The position numbers were made by a program, and so were the translations under genes. A DNA stretch of 50,648 nucleotides, the filler included, from Jimgerdemannia flammicorona (taxonomy: Eukaryota): the NCBI GenBank assembly GCA_003990765.1. It is 2 parts of 2 records of this genome, joined end to end, with 100 filler letters (N's around TTAATTAATTAA, not from the genome) between each part and the next. Parts side by side here need not be neighbours in the genome. Positions count along the whole stretch, not along the records: positions 1 to 25,278 come from RBNJ01000856.1; 1 more part is not named here. The stretch is one strand, 5' to 3'. Below are positions 12,340 to 24,000 of this stretch, one piece after another; within the stretch, counting starts at the first letter, position 1, and each line of letters starts with the position of its first letter. The notes beneath the pieces were generated by a model that searched no databases, was not told where the DNA came from, and saw nothing but the letters and a program-made list of their open reading frames with translations.

Positions 12340-13165
12340 CATTCAACATACAAGATGTTGGAAGATGATGATTTTGAATTTCCATCCCCTGAAGAGGTTT
12401 TAAGAGGGGGTCATTTTTATTCTTGAGTGTCATCAACCATTGTCAGTATTGCTACCACTACCACTGCTGTTGCCTGTACACAGACATCTACTTTATTTTA
12501 CACATCTGCAGTATTGATATTAGAAGCGAAAATATATATATATGTGGATGTGTTTGAATAGCACAAACTTAATGGACTATTGCCATCATTCTACTACATA
12601 CTTTGCTGGGATTAGTGATAACAATGCCACCACATGACAGAAGGGTATTGTTGTCATTTTCTATACAACACATGATAGGCTAACAACTGATATCAATAAT
12701 CTAAAAATGCAATTCCTCAATCAGCAGATCTACCTATTGTTCAAGAGTGTATCTGTAGATATTGACTGCATAAAAATCTCATTGGAGCTATATTGTGATG
12801 ATGTTGTCATATATAAAACTACATCAATGGCAGACACAGCAACCACAGTTATACAACTACTGAAATGTGCTCAAAAGGATTGTTCAAAGATGTTGCCTGA
12901 GGATTATCTGGCCATAGTCTATGTCCCTAAGACATGACTCAGTCAGCATGCATTCCAAGATTTTCTGATGCAGATTCCAGACATATTGTGTGTGACTGCT
13001 GCTGTGCTTGTCACCAAATTTAATGACCTTTATTCACTTTACACATTTGTCCATACTCACAACAATATAACTGTGCAGTAGAGGCTAGTACATGTAGTAG
13101 TTATCCAGGTGAGATTGCATGATAAGACCATGCAGCACATACTTGATATTTTCTGAGCACGATGT
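12340..13165 (+). pseudogene. ERCC4-domain + HhH (EME1/MUS81-like) protein relic, copy B
   Basis: GIVVIFY..DINNLKMQFLNQQIYLLFK..IDCIKISLELYCDDVVIYKTTSMADTATTV resembles the ERCC4 C-terminal half. It is followed, through a TGA, by FQDFLMQIPDILCVTAAVLVTKFNDLYSLY, resembling the HhH motif LQQIPGV....A..I...Y.T...L. Confidence 0.5.
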
Positions 13166-13199
13166 ATATTTAAAGCAACTTAATTACACATATAATAAA

Positions 13200-14310
13200 A
13201 TTTGTTTGCAATGCAGAAATTCGTACCAATCAACTTAGATATGCATTCCCACATGATTCTGTTGCTGATCAATCAGCATCTGCTCGCAATACTGATGTAG
13301 GAGACACATTTGCTGATAACAACAGCTGGGTAATTATATGACAACAGCAGTATATTGGAGACCATTGACAATGTCTGCCTTCATGCCACAGCAATAGTAC
13401 TCATTAGAATCATACTGCAAGGAATTCTCATCGAATTTGTCAATATGTTTCCACCACTGGTGCAGCACTCATCTGAGTGATATGAACTGATTAGACACAT
13501 GCTCAGAGGTTCTGATGCACTTGCAACAATATTGTCCACAAACTCTATAGCATTCCGCAGTCTGGTCAGTCAGAAGGCAGGTATGATGTAAGCATTCAGT
13601 GAGTTTGGCAGATGTACATGTAGATGGGGTCAGATGTTAGAGGATCTAGCATTCACATATATGCAGCTACAGTACTGCTGTGATATTGTGGGTCGCAGCA
13701 TATATCTACAGATCATGCAGCATTATCGGTATTTGCCTGATATATTTGTGATAATGGGATATGATATAGATGGGATGATGTATCCTCAGGACCAGGATCC
13801 CAACTTCTTTATGTCTATTCTTGTCGATGCTAAGGTCCTATACATACAGGCACCTAACAGGGTGATTCTACCACAGTACCACACACAGCTGCAGGCTGGA
13901 CTGGTAGTCTGTACTGTCTGCAGTATGGCTTTGCTGTTTACTGCCATGGTCTGCAAATATTCATGACCACAGCTGCTCGAGTCCTGTACATATAACAACA
14001 AGTACCACAACAAATTGCCCTGCAATGCCGCATTTCCCGAGATTGCACGCGGTTATATATGGTTGGCCTGTGCAAACAACAAAGTACTACAATGTGTTAT
14101 GCAGAATTGTGACACAGATCTTGGCGTGGTAGCATACCTTACATTCAACACAATCTTTGAACAGATCTTTCATGGCAATCTAGTTGTGGTGCATACTGAC
14201 GTATGGTGTGTGGGTGAGTCTGCTCTACAACTGCAGCCCTTGACACCACTTGTGCTTAGATGTGTTCTAGTAAAATTATTTGGAGTTGAGTGTTTGACAA
14301 TTCAGTGAGA
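13200..14310 (+). pseudogene. PD-(D/E)xK endonuclease of phage/giant-virus type, with a putative 43-nt intron (13581-13623)
   Basis: Removing GTATGA...TAG joins IVHKLYSIPQSGQSEG-RWGQMLEDLAFTY...YRYLPDIFV...ILVDAK, matching the pattern T.Y.G..FRS.LEARW..F...L...Y...YLPDF...(I/V)E.K. Boundaries approximate. Confidence 0.5.
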
Positions 14311-14596
14311 CTCTCAGTTTCTTTCAAAGCTGATCACAGGAGTGAAAAATGTGTGGCATGCTGTACCCATAAAAAAGGGTCTTATTGCAGAAAAGATCAT
14401 TTTATAAAATTATATATTTTATAACTCTAGTCTATGGGTATATTGCCAATAGGCTTTCGAGGATAGTTTTTTCAAATATTCATATAACTCAACAACTCTG
14501 TTACTTTCTATATTGATTGTGGTCCAACACAAGTAATGTGTAAAATTGTTGTGGAAAATTCACAGGTTTCCACAGAGAGATTTAAAACATTATTAT

Positions 14597-15598
14597 TTAT
14601 TTATTATTGTATATCACTAGTAGGCTTTCAAGTGTGTTTTCTTCCAATACTCGTGCGACAACACTACTAGCTGCGTCAACATCCCCCCCACTCACACAAT
14701 CCTTTACTGTCGACCACACATCATCCCCACTATATGCATCATGTATTATACCTACAACATGCTCGTTCATTCGTAGGTACGTCACCAGTTCACCAAATAC
14801 TTGATTCGTCATTTTTGACATACTTGTGGCTCCCCACAATGACGCCGCAACAGATACACTGTTGAAGAGCTTAGCCAAGACAAGATACCGCCACCCACAC
14901 CTAATCCGCTTACCAAGCTTGCCGGCATTGTGTTGGCTGTACTGCGCGTTGAGCTGATTGGACACCGCCCTCCATGACACCAATTGATAATTATTCAGAT
15001 CAGTCGAATCTAGTAGATATTTGACACAAATGCTCATACTGCAAAGACGTAACCCTATACTACCCAAAATACATCTGAACGCTAACTGATTATACCAATC
15101 TACCACATTGTCCAAGATAGACCTCGCAGATTGCACTATGGGCAATTTGATAAACTTCTCTGACCGCACCCTGGCGGCCAATGATTCTGGATCTATACAC
15201 CTGGCGTGTTGATATATAGCGTGCAAAATTTGCGGCATCTGCAAATATTCACTCTCCTCTGCTGCTGTCTCACTCTCTGTCTCAGATTCTGAAGATGTCA
15301 CATTCAAATTGCGACTGATTTGTCTCTGGCCGTCTTTAACACGTCGTCGTCCGTGGCATTCTCTGGTTGGGTCATCTGCTCTTTTGGTAGCATGAGTTGC
15401 AGTTTCTCTCCGGGGTCTGAGCCCTTGTCTGGATGTTGCTATGACTTGTGAAACCTCATGGAGCGGAGATCCACCGGCTGGGGGAACCTCGTGTAGCGGT
15501 GATCCACCGGCTGGGGGAACCTCGTGTAGCGGTGATCTACCGGCTGGGGGAACCTCGTGTAGCGGTGATCCACCGGCTGGGGGAACCTCATGTAGCCC
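14597..15598 (-). CDS. Intact open frame of unknown function (334 codons; first in-frame ATG ~15238) with N-terminal LHEVPPAGGSP repeats
   Basis: Manual translation shows the 236-aa ORF frame stays open upstream through the 33-bp repeats to a TAA at 15599-15601. CpGs are retained. Confidence 0.5.
   Translation of the reverse strand, partial: GLHEVPPAGGSPLHEVPPAGRSPLHEVPPAGGSPLHEVPPAGGSPLHEVSQVIATSRQGLRPRRETATHATKRADDPTRECHGRRRVKDGQRQISRNLNVTSSESETESETAAEESEYLQMPQILHAIYQHARCIDPESLAARVRSEKFIKLPIVQSARSILDNVVDWYNQLAFRCILGSIGLRLCSMSICVKYLLDSTDLNNYQLVSWRAVSNQLNAQYSQHNAGKLGKRIRCGWRYLVLAKLFNSVSVAASLWGATSMSKMTNQVFGELVTYLRMNEHVVGIIHDAYSGDDVWSTVKDCVSGGDVDAASSVVARVLEENTLESLLVIYNNK
15450..15596. repeat. 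33-bp tandem repeat, ~4.5 copies
   Basis: Unit GGAACCTCGTGTAGCGGTGATCCACCGGCTGGG, contiguous with no spacers. Confidence 0.95.
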
Positions 15599-15605
15599 TT
15601 ACTAC

Positions 15606-17386
15606 TCAAAATCTACAACTCCCTACCCATCTAGGACACGCCACGACATCTCTCACGTTTTCCAACCCCGTCACGTACGCTATGAATCTCTCGAACCCTA
15701 TTCCGAACCCGCCATGTGGCACGGTTCCGTACCTCCTTAAGTCTAGATACCACGCGTACTCCTCCAAATCCAACCCCGCCTCGCGCATCCGATCCGCCAA
15801 CACCTCAAATCTCTCTTCGCGCATCGACCCGCCCACCAGTTCGCCAATTCCCGGCACAAGCAGGTCCGTGCACGCGACCGTGGCGTGCGGGTTATCGGGC
15901 CCATCGCTTGTATTGGTGCGCATATAGAACGGTTTCAGCCACCCTGGGTAATCTGTTACGAAGACCGGGTGCGCGCAGTGATTTGTGCTAAGGTATCGCT
16001 CGTGCTCGGACTGGAGGGCGGATCCCCATCGCGGTGGGAATGCGAAGTTGGTCTTTGCGGCCTGCTGTGCGCGTTCGAGAACGGCGACGGCCTCAGTGTA
16101 GGTCATGCGGACAAATGGTTTGTCAGCGGTGGAGCGCAGGCGGGCGAGCAGGGTTGGATCTGTAAACTTGTTGAAGAGGGCGAGGTCTGGCCCGCATGTG
16201 TCGAGGATGTGCTGGATGACCGACCGAATTGAGGCCTCGGTCAGATCGAGGAGGTGAGAGAGAGAATCAATGAAAGCGACCTCGGCTTCGAGCATCCAGA
16301 ACTCGGCGAGGTGGCGTGAAGTGTGGGAGGATTCTGCGCGGAAGACGGGGCCGAAAGTGTAGACGCGGGAAAGGGCCGAGGCCAGGATTTCGGCGTGGAG
16401 CTGACCCGAGACGGTGAGGTAGACGGTTCTGCCAAAGAATTCGAAGGTCGCGGGGAGGGATGCTGCGGATGATGATAATACGCTAGGAGCAGAGACCGGG
16501 GTGACTTTAAAGACTTCTCCGCCACCTTCGCAGTCGTGGGATGTGAGGATCGGGGTGTGGACGTTGATGAATTCTTGTTCCTGAAGAAGAGAATTGATGA
16601 AGGAGGAAACATATATACTTCGCAATCCAATACTATTCAACCGGACATAACCCATCCATCAATGAAGGTCTGAAAACGAATCTCAAAACCATACCTCAAA
16701 GAACTTGTGAAATCCTGCCACCGCTGCACTCCTGATCCTCATCACCGCGCTTCCGCTATTAGCTCTTGTGCGTAAATGTGCGTTCTCGCGCAAGAATTCT
16801 ATACCATGATGCTTCTTTTGAAGCGGATATGTCTAAAATTGCATGGTCCCTAGTTAATACATTTCCCAAGACGTGACGAGCCAGGCCAAACACACATTGT
16901 AAAAACGTGAGACATCCTACCTCCCCGTTGCATTTACCCAGCACTGCCACCTCACGTGCTTGCAGTTCGCGAGTCTGTTCCTCCCCAAGGCTCGCCACCA
17001 GAATACCCTCCATTCGCACCGACGTGCCCGTTGTCAATCTGTATTCCAAACGGTCAATTTATGTCCCCGATCGGCAACATCAGATCCCCATGCCATAACC
17101 ACACAAACACAATTCAAACTCACCTCTTAGCCTGCTCCTCATTCAAGATAACTTGTATCCCCGTGACGTTGCTTCCGTCGTTCACGTGCGCGAAGCACAC
17201 TTCCTTCTGCACGCGCACTGTACGCACCCATCCATGGATCGTGACGGGTGAATTGAGCGGCGCATGCTTGAGGACATGGGTGATGGTCTGAGAGGGGAGA
17301 ATCTGGCGGCTAGCGGTGGTATATAGCCGAGAGAAATGTAGAGGTATCGATACGGTTGGAATGACGCGTAGGAATAGGCGTGGCAT
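15606..17386 (-). CDS. SLM5: Asparaginyl-tRNA synthetase, mitochondrial; exons 17386-17124, 17038-16921, 16832-16695, 16580-15606 (~497 aa)
   Basis: Arg/Ser-rich presequence, OB-fold ([12 protein letters not shown]), [23 protein letters not shown], motif 2 [14 protein letters not shown], motif 3 [15 protein letters not shown] introns keep the frame. NARS2 ortholog. Confidence 0.93.
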
Positions 17387-18082
17387 GGTGGAGGTGGGAG
17401 AGGATAATTTCGGGTGGCGTTCGTCTTTGACGATCTTGGTATTTGTTTTTTTTTTTTTTTTTTTTTTTTAATCTTGGTATTTGTTTAATTATATATATAT
17501 CATTGCCACATTTGATGGTGTCGGCCTTCAATTTTCAGCCGTGTATGCCAACTAGACAAATGAATTACACATATCTCGCAAAATATAGGTTGCCATTATG
17601 ATGTTTTGTAGGGTTTAATTTTTCTCAATGAGCTCCTCGCTTCTCGACCAATGCTGGGAAATTTGATATAGACGAAATGATGATGGGAAAATGTAGACAC
17701 ATAAAAGTCTTTGTGAACATGGTCATGAGAGCAGGGGGAAGATAAGGAAAAGAAAACAGTCAACGACATTATGCAACAAACCAGAAAAGTAGTACGAGAG
17801 CAATTATCCTCCTGTATCGTGCGTGACATGGATAAATATACATATCGAGGAAAAGGGGAGGGAGGGAGGGGGGGAAGGTAGGCAAAAACGGAAAATAACA
17901 AACGAGGAAATAAAAAAGGAAAAAAAAAAAGTCGAAGATGAAGAAGAGCCACAAGTAAATTTCCCGACTTCCGTGGAGGGAGCATACGGATGAAAGTGAA
18001 AAATAAATAAGGAGAAATACTAAAATAAACGCAAAAGAGAAACGCATCAGAAACTAAGAACGACCCATGGACCCAATCCAGA

Positions 18083-21000
18083 TTACAACTTGCGCCCTCG
18101 AGACTAATGCATTGAAAGAGCATAAGACATGGAGTCAGGTATCAATACTTGTCAATAAACAAGTACTAAGTGAATGTTCAAAGCACAACGAGAAACACTA
18201 AAAAGGGACCGAATACTTACGGAGTAAGATGACCCGTCCCCGGTCACCACCGATCCCACCGTTCTGTACGACGAGGACGTATTCATCATGCTGTTATTCA
18301 AACCCATCCCAGTCCTCCCGAGGCTGCCCGAGCCCGAGTATCGGCCGATTCCGGAGACGCCCACATCACTGTTGCTATCACCTTGGAGTCTCCGCGAGGA
18401 TGAGGTCGGTACATATAGGCTCGTACTGCCTGAGAGGGTAGTTTTGCTGGATGTCGGGATCAGTAGAGAGGAGTGATATTGCGAGGTCGAGATCGACGAT
18501 GTCGATTTGCTTGAGATGGTCGATTGGTTGTCGTCATCCTTGCGGGCTCGGCCGCTGGAAAGCCATTCGTAGTAGAAAGTATTGGGATCAGCCCACATGT
18601 CATGATTGCCCTCTTTCGCCATTGCTCCAAACGTAATTTAGTGTTCGTTGAACTAGAAAACATACCGAATAACAAAACAAGACTTACATATTCTTCTTGG
18701 AGGTGGCCTTGTCATACCCAATAGGCGTCACGGGAGCCGACGCCGCATTTTTTGAGGGCTTTTGATTGCCTTCCAGGATCCACTCGTGATGCAACCCTCC
18801 CTCCGGCGTCATGCGCTTTTCCGGGTCCCAATCCAAGCATCGTGCAACGAAGTCGACAAAGATTGGGTCGTTGCATTTCAGAACTTGTTGAAGGGTTTTG
18901 GTACCCGGTCGGCGCTTCTTGCCCTTCGAGTTGGGAATGATCCGCGGATTACCATTCGAATCTGTTCAGCGGCGAGAAAATAAACGATGGATACAGGTGA
19001 TTCAATATAGAGATTCCTGAATCTTAAGGTACTGTGGTGTACGATTCACATATTATTTAAATCCTCAAACAGGGCATACCGAAGAACAACTTCTTTCTAG
19101 TACTCTTCTCCACTAGGTAACGTTCGGGAACGCCTTGGACTTCCATGATACAGGCCAGCTGCTCCTGTTCGTTCTCACCGGGGAATAACGGATATCCTGT
19201 GAAATACAAATGCAACCCATAGCAAATGCGTTAGAAGATGTTTCCATTTTTATCTCACATAAGGAGAACGAATAACCGTGTACCTACCGGTATAAAGTTC
19301 CGCGAGAATACAACCTAGACTCCACATGTCAATGGCCATGTTGTAAGTCATGCCTGCAGTTGAAGTTTCGATTAGTACAAAGCTCGTCTTAAGAAAACTT
19401 CTCATCATCCTTGTCCTTGGAGAACTTACCGAGAATAACCTCTGGTGAACGATAGAATCGACTTTGGATATACGTGTAGACTACAAAAGATAACAATTGT
19501 CGATATTTTGAGCCGTCAAAATAAAAAAATAAAATAAAACGAGTCTGTTGCTCTAGTTGATATGAGCGTGATGTTTACCCTTCTCGTTCTCCAAACAACT
19601 GCTTCCGAAATCTATTACTTTTATACCACTCTTCGTTGGGTGTTTTAATAGGACATTCTAAAAATAACAAACGAAGCGATGGACGTTTGGATAAGAACGT
19701 GCTGCATAGCGTGACCTCTATGACCACTAACCCTGTCTTCCACCCTCCATACAACTTAAATGAACAGAGGTCAGTACCATATTAACATACCTCCGGCTTC
19801 AAATCACAATGAACCACGCTATGCGAGTATAGCAGCGAAAGCGAATTCAGGAGCTGAGTCGTGAACCTATGATATCATCAATAACAAGGCAACATGTGAG
19901 TGAGTAAAGCACCTTAATCGTTCAGTATGAGGTAGACACGTAGACCAAATCAACATAAACGAAAGGGACATACCTGCGAATCAATCCCAAGCTGAAGCCT
20001 TGGAAATTGTTGCTCTTGATGAACTCGTATAGGTTGATGCTCAAGCACTCGCAACTGATGCACAAATGGTTGCGGAAGTAGAAGTGGTCGGTCATCCGCA
20101 CATTGTTATGCTTATCCTCAGGGTCCTACGTTTTGGATTGAATATCCATTTCGTTAGTATCACTTCAAGATAGCTCCGGTTGCGAATACGAGTGCCCAAA
20201 ACAAGCAAATTCTTACCCATTTCACAAGGTTCTCTAAAATCTTGACCTCGACCAGGGCCTGGCAATGGAAGCGCTTCTTGTTACGGATGATCTTGATGGC
20301 ACATGTCTGGCCCGTCTTGTGGTCAAAAGCCTTGACAACCTGGCCAAAGGAGCCTTTGCCGAGGGTCTCGATAACCTCGTAGCGGAAGCACAGGTGGTCT
20401 TGCACGATAATGTTGTAGTCACCACGCTCGTCGTCGAAGCCGAAGTTGTTGGCAGACTGCTCCGGGGTGGCCTGCTTTTTCTGGGCATGCTGGCCAACAA
20501 AGTAGATCTGCGGATATTCAAGAATCTCGGCGCGCTCGTACAGGGAGAGGTACGGAGCATAGAGTTTCAGGGCCGCTGTGTTGGTTCAAAACATCAAGGA
20601 AAATAAGTAATCAAGACAAAGGTCGAGTCAAATGTGAAGAATCGGAATAGCCCCAAGCGATAAACAAAACACACAGCCCTACCTTGCGGGCCCATCGCAA
20701 CCCTGATACCCGAATCCTTGTCACGCGACTTTTCCTTGGCTGCATCCTTCTCCTTGGGGACATTCTTCACGTACAAGCTCATCATCTCCTCACCAGTGCT
20801 TGTACTTGCCCCGCTCCTAGACGGTGTACCAGAATACCCTCTCGCAGCATCATCGTCCGCTGCCTCACCAGCATTCACCTTGGTCGACGACCCATTTTCC
20901 TTACCCTTCGCCGGTCGCGTCGACTCGTCCTCCTCAAGGATCTGGTCCTCCACCACCAAGCCTTGTAACCGATCGTGAAGACTCAATGCCTTGTTGGGTG

Positions 21001-24000
21001 CTTCGGGTTTAGACGTGCTGCTCTTGGTGACGGTGACCGGCTTCTGACCGGTGAGGGTGTAGCTCCCATTGCCACCGAGCAGCGGCACCGGACCACTTGA
21101 CATCGTGCCATGAGCCGCAACCGTGTTGACGCCGCTCTTCGGACCAGTGTGGAGCGCCTGGGCGGCCTTCTCCTTGTCCAACTGTTCCTGGATGCTCAAG
21201 CCGGTGGTGGGGGCGATCGAGTGGCGACGCGCTGATGTGCCGATCGTGCGCGACGCAACCGGTGAGGCATTGATCAGTGGAGACAAGTTGGCGCTGCTCA
21301 TCTTGCGGCTCCGCGAGGTCTTGGACGTGTCTATGCTAGACGAGAACGAGAGGTCCTTGTTGGAGCCCGTCGTGATGGTCGACATCGAGGACGTGAGCGA
21401 TGGCTTAGAGGTACTCGAGGGTTTCCGAAGGGCAGATTGGCTGTTCTCCTTGGATGGTTTTGACAATGTAGCGGTCGACGAGTACTCGGAGCCCGACTTG
21501 CTTAGCAGGGAGTTCGTCGACGAGCCTAGCCCGCCACCGCGGATCGTCTTGGGGGTCATGGTGACACTGGAATTAAGGTTAGCCGATGCGGATGGAGCAT
21601 GGCCTGAGGGCCCAACCTTGGGTGAAGGTGGTGGGATTTTGGACCTCTCGCCATTCGTGGAGCTGGTCAAGGTGTTGTACAGCAGCGACTGAGTCTTCTT
21701 CTTTTCGCTCAACGTCGGTGTCACTTCCGTCGTGGGTGTAAGCTCGTCATCGCTATTCGAACTTGTGCCGACGCCATTCCCGTCATCCTTGATGCGTGTC
21801 GAGTATGGGCCGCCGGAAGTCGACAAGGATTTGTTACGGCTGGATCCGATGGTCGGGATTCGTGTTGGCGTGGTCGCAATGGATCGCGAAGGCGACTTGG
21901 CTGTCGACTTGCGTGTACTCGTTTGGGGTAGATAGACATTGAGTGGCTCGACCTTCATGGGTGGAAGTGGTAGAGAAGGTACCGGGGGCGGCGTGGCAAG
22001 GCTTCCAGGAAGAGTCTAGCACGACGTACAAAGGAGCTGTAAGCCAAACCGTACCCCGTCTTACCAACAACAACCCAACAAGGAAACATAATACGTACCT
22101 TTCCCCTCTTCCTGGTCATCGTTACCTTCTTGTTTTGCACCGTCTGAACCGCTGCGGACGTCCCAAATGAAGTCGACGGAGCCGTGGTGGTGGCATGCGA
22201 CCCGATCCTTCTCGTCGTCTCATTCTTCTCGCTCCCACCAGTTGTCGCCGCAACCACGCTCTTCTTCCTCTTGCTCGCGGCCGAGGACGTGGTCGAGATG
22301 CTAGTCCTCGACGATGTCTTCCTCTCGGACCCGGACCGCTCCCCGGTGGCGACATCGCCTGCCAATGACACCTTCTTCTTGCGTCGCTTGCTACTGTCGA
22401 CGGAACTGGTCAGAATCTCGCTCGCCTCGTCCCCACCTGCCTCATCCTCCGTCGCCGTCCGTTCGCTTCCCCTGCGTCGCGTGCTGCTATGCACGTCGTC
22501 GTCCGTCCTGCCCTCCATTTCGTCATCGCCATGCCCGCTATACCCATCCACGTCCTCTTCACCCTGTTTTCCCCGCGAGCTGACGCTACTGTTCCTCGAC
22601 AGGTTCGAGTTCATCAGGTTCTTGATGGTGTTGGCGACCGACGCACTGGCGTTCGAATTCAACGAATGATGTTTGGGCACTGGCGGGACCGGCGGAATGA
22701 ACTCCTCGGGTCCGACTTCCTCCTTGGGTGTCCTTCGACCTGCACTACCAGGTCGCGTGGGGGGTGGCGGAGAATAAGTGCCAGACCGCCGCCTGGTGGA
22801 TGCGCCCGCTTTGTTGATGTAGCCATGGTAGTCAGCGAGACTTGCGCGAGTTGGGGTTGTGGAAGATTTGCGGTGCTCTGCCTTGTGTGACGAAGCAGAC
22901 GATAGATCGTTCGACGAACGATTGGAGCTCGGGATCGGAATGCTTGGCAGCGGCGCGGCCACACCAGTAGCCGACGAGGTGCGCGATCCCGATCTCGGCT
23001 GCGGTAGAAACGATGTCCTCGTGGGGGTACCATCTGGACCGATAGAGCTGGAGAGCCCGGACGACTTTGGGGTCGTCGCCCTCGTGGAGGCTGGCATCGA
23101 CGTTCTCGCGGAGGCCTTTTGCGCCATGGTTCCATTGGTCAGGCCATCGGGCGCCTCGCTATGGTCGAACAGACTCTTCCGCCGCTGCTTCAGTAGGCTC
23201 TGCGTGGCGTCACCGTTGGGCAGCATCGACTGCCCGTTCGACGAGACATGGTTGAATGATGGTGCCGTCTTAGACGTCTTGGGCGTCACGACGCCTGTGG
23301 GCGACGCGGTGTATGAGTAACGCTGCGCGCCCGACTGTCCGCCTGATATGGACGAGGTGTCGAGTGGCAAAGGCGGGGGCGGGGACTTCAACGACCTCTG
23401 CTTTGACCTGCTAGGTGTGCGCAGTTGAGATGATGTCGGTGTGGTGGAGTTGGTTGCGTCACCGTCGTACGGGTGTGTGTACTCGTAATCCGTCACCGGT
23501 GCATAGTACGCGTCGTTCTTCCTCTTCCCCGCACTATTCGCGCTCGTCGCACCGGCACCCTCTCCCCATGCGTTCGGCGGCGTCTTTGGCGGCATCGGCG
23601 GCGGGGTCGTCAGCATCAAGTTCTCCACGTCCATTTGATCGTACTGCAATTCTCCGTACCCCGCATACGGAGCTGGGGCGTCGGGGGACAGGGTAGCGTT
23701 CGATGCCGAATAACCCCGCACCCGACGCGCTACGGCGGAATCGTTATGGCTGTGGTGGCTGGCGCCGATGAGGGGTGGGCTGGACGACGACGGTATAGGC
23801 TGGCCGTAGTAGTCCCTGTCTGAGTGCTGCTGGGATGATGGCTGGTGCTTGCTTGCTCTCCGTGACTGGGATATCGGCTGGAACTGATCCAAAGCTGACC
23901 CGTTGTGATAGTCTGCGTGACCCTGCGACACGCTCAGCCGGTTCCGTGCCTTACTCGACGGCGGTGGGGTGTACCCGATCGCCATGTTGACGCGGTCTGC

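Larger units (their letters stand above)
700..14600. mobile_element. Decayed gene-dense island: putative endogenous large DNA virus / giant mobile element (left boundary not visible)
   Basis: AT-rich, CpG almost absent with TpG/CpA excess. Many ORFs broken by TGA/TAG/TAA at positions expected for CGA/CAG/TGG. Contains PolB, ERCC4-like, PD-(D/E)xK, F-box and TPR-like relics plus a recurrent palindrome. No capsid or packaging ATPase recognised. Confidence 0.6.

Noticed and set aside
15450..15596. 33-bp repeats as a CRISPR array
   Set aside because: Units are contiguous with no unique spacers, the context is eukaryotic, and no cas genes are present.
16770..16800. Apparent frameshift in AsnRS exon 3
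   Set aside because: Re-reading gives TTG CGC GAG AAC GCA CAT (LRENAH); the frame is intact.
17596..18123. 175-aa hydrophobic minus-strand ORF
   Set aside because: Lies in the pyrimidine-rich DYRK 3' UTR/intergenic region; its composition explains the ORF.
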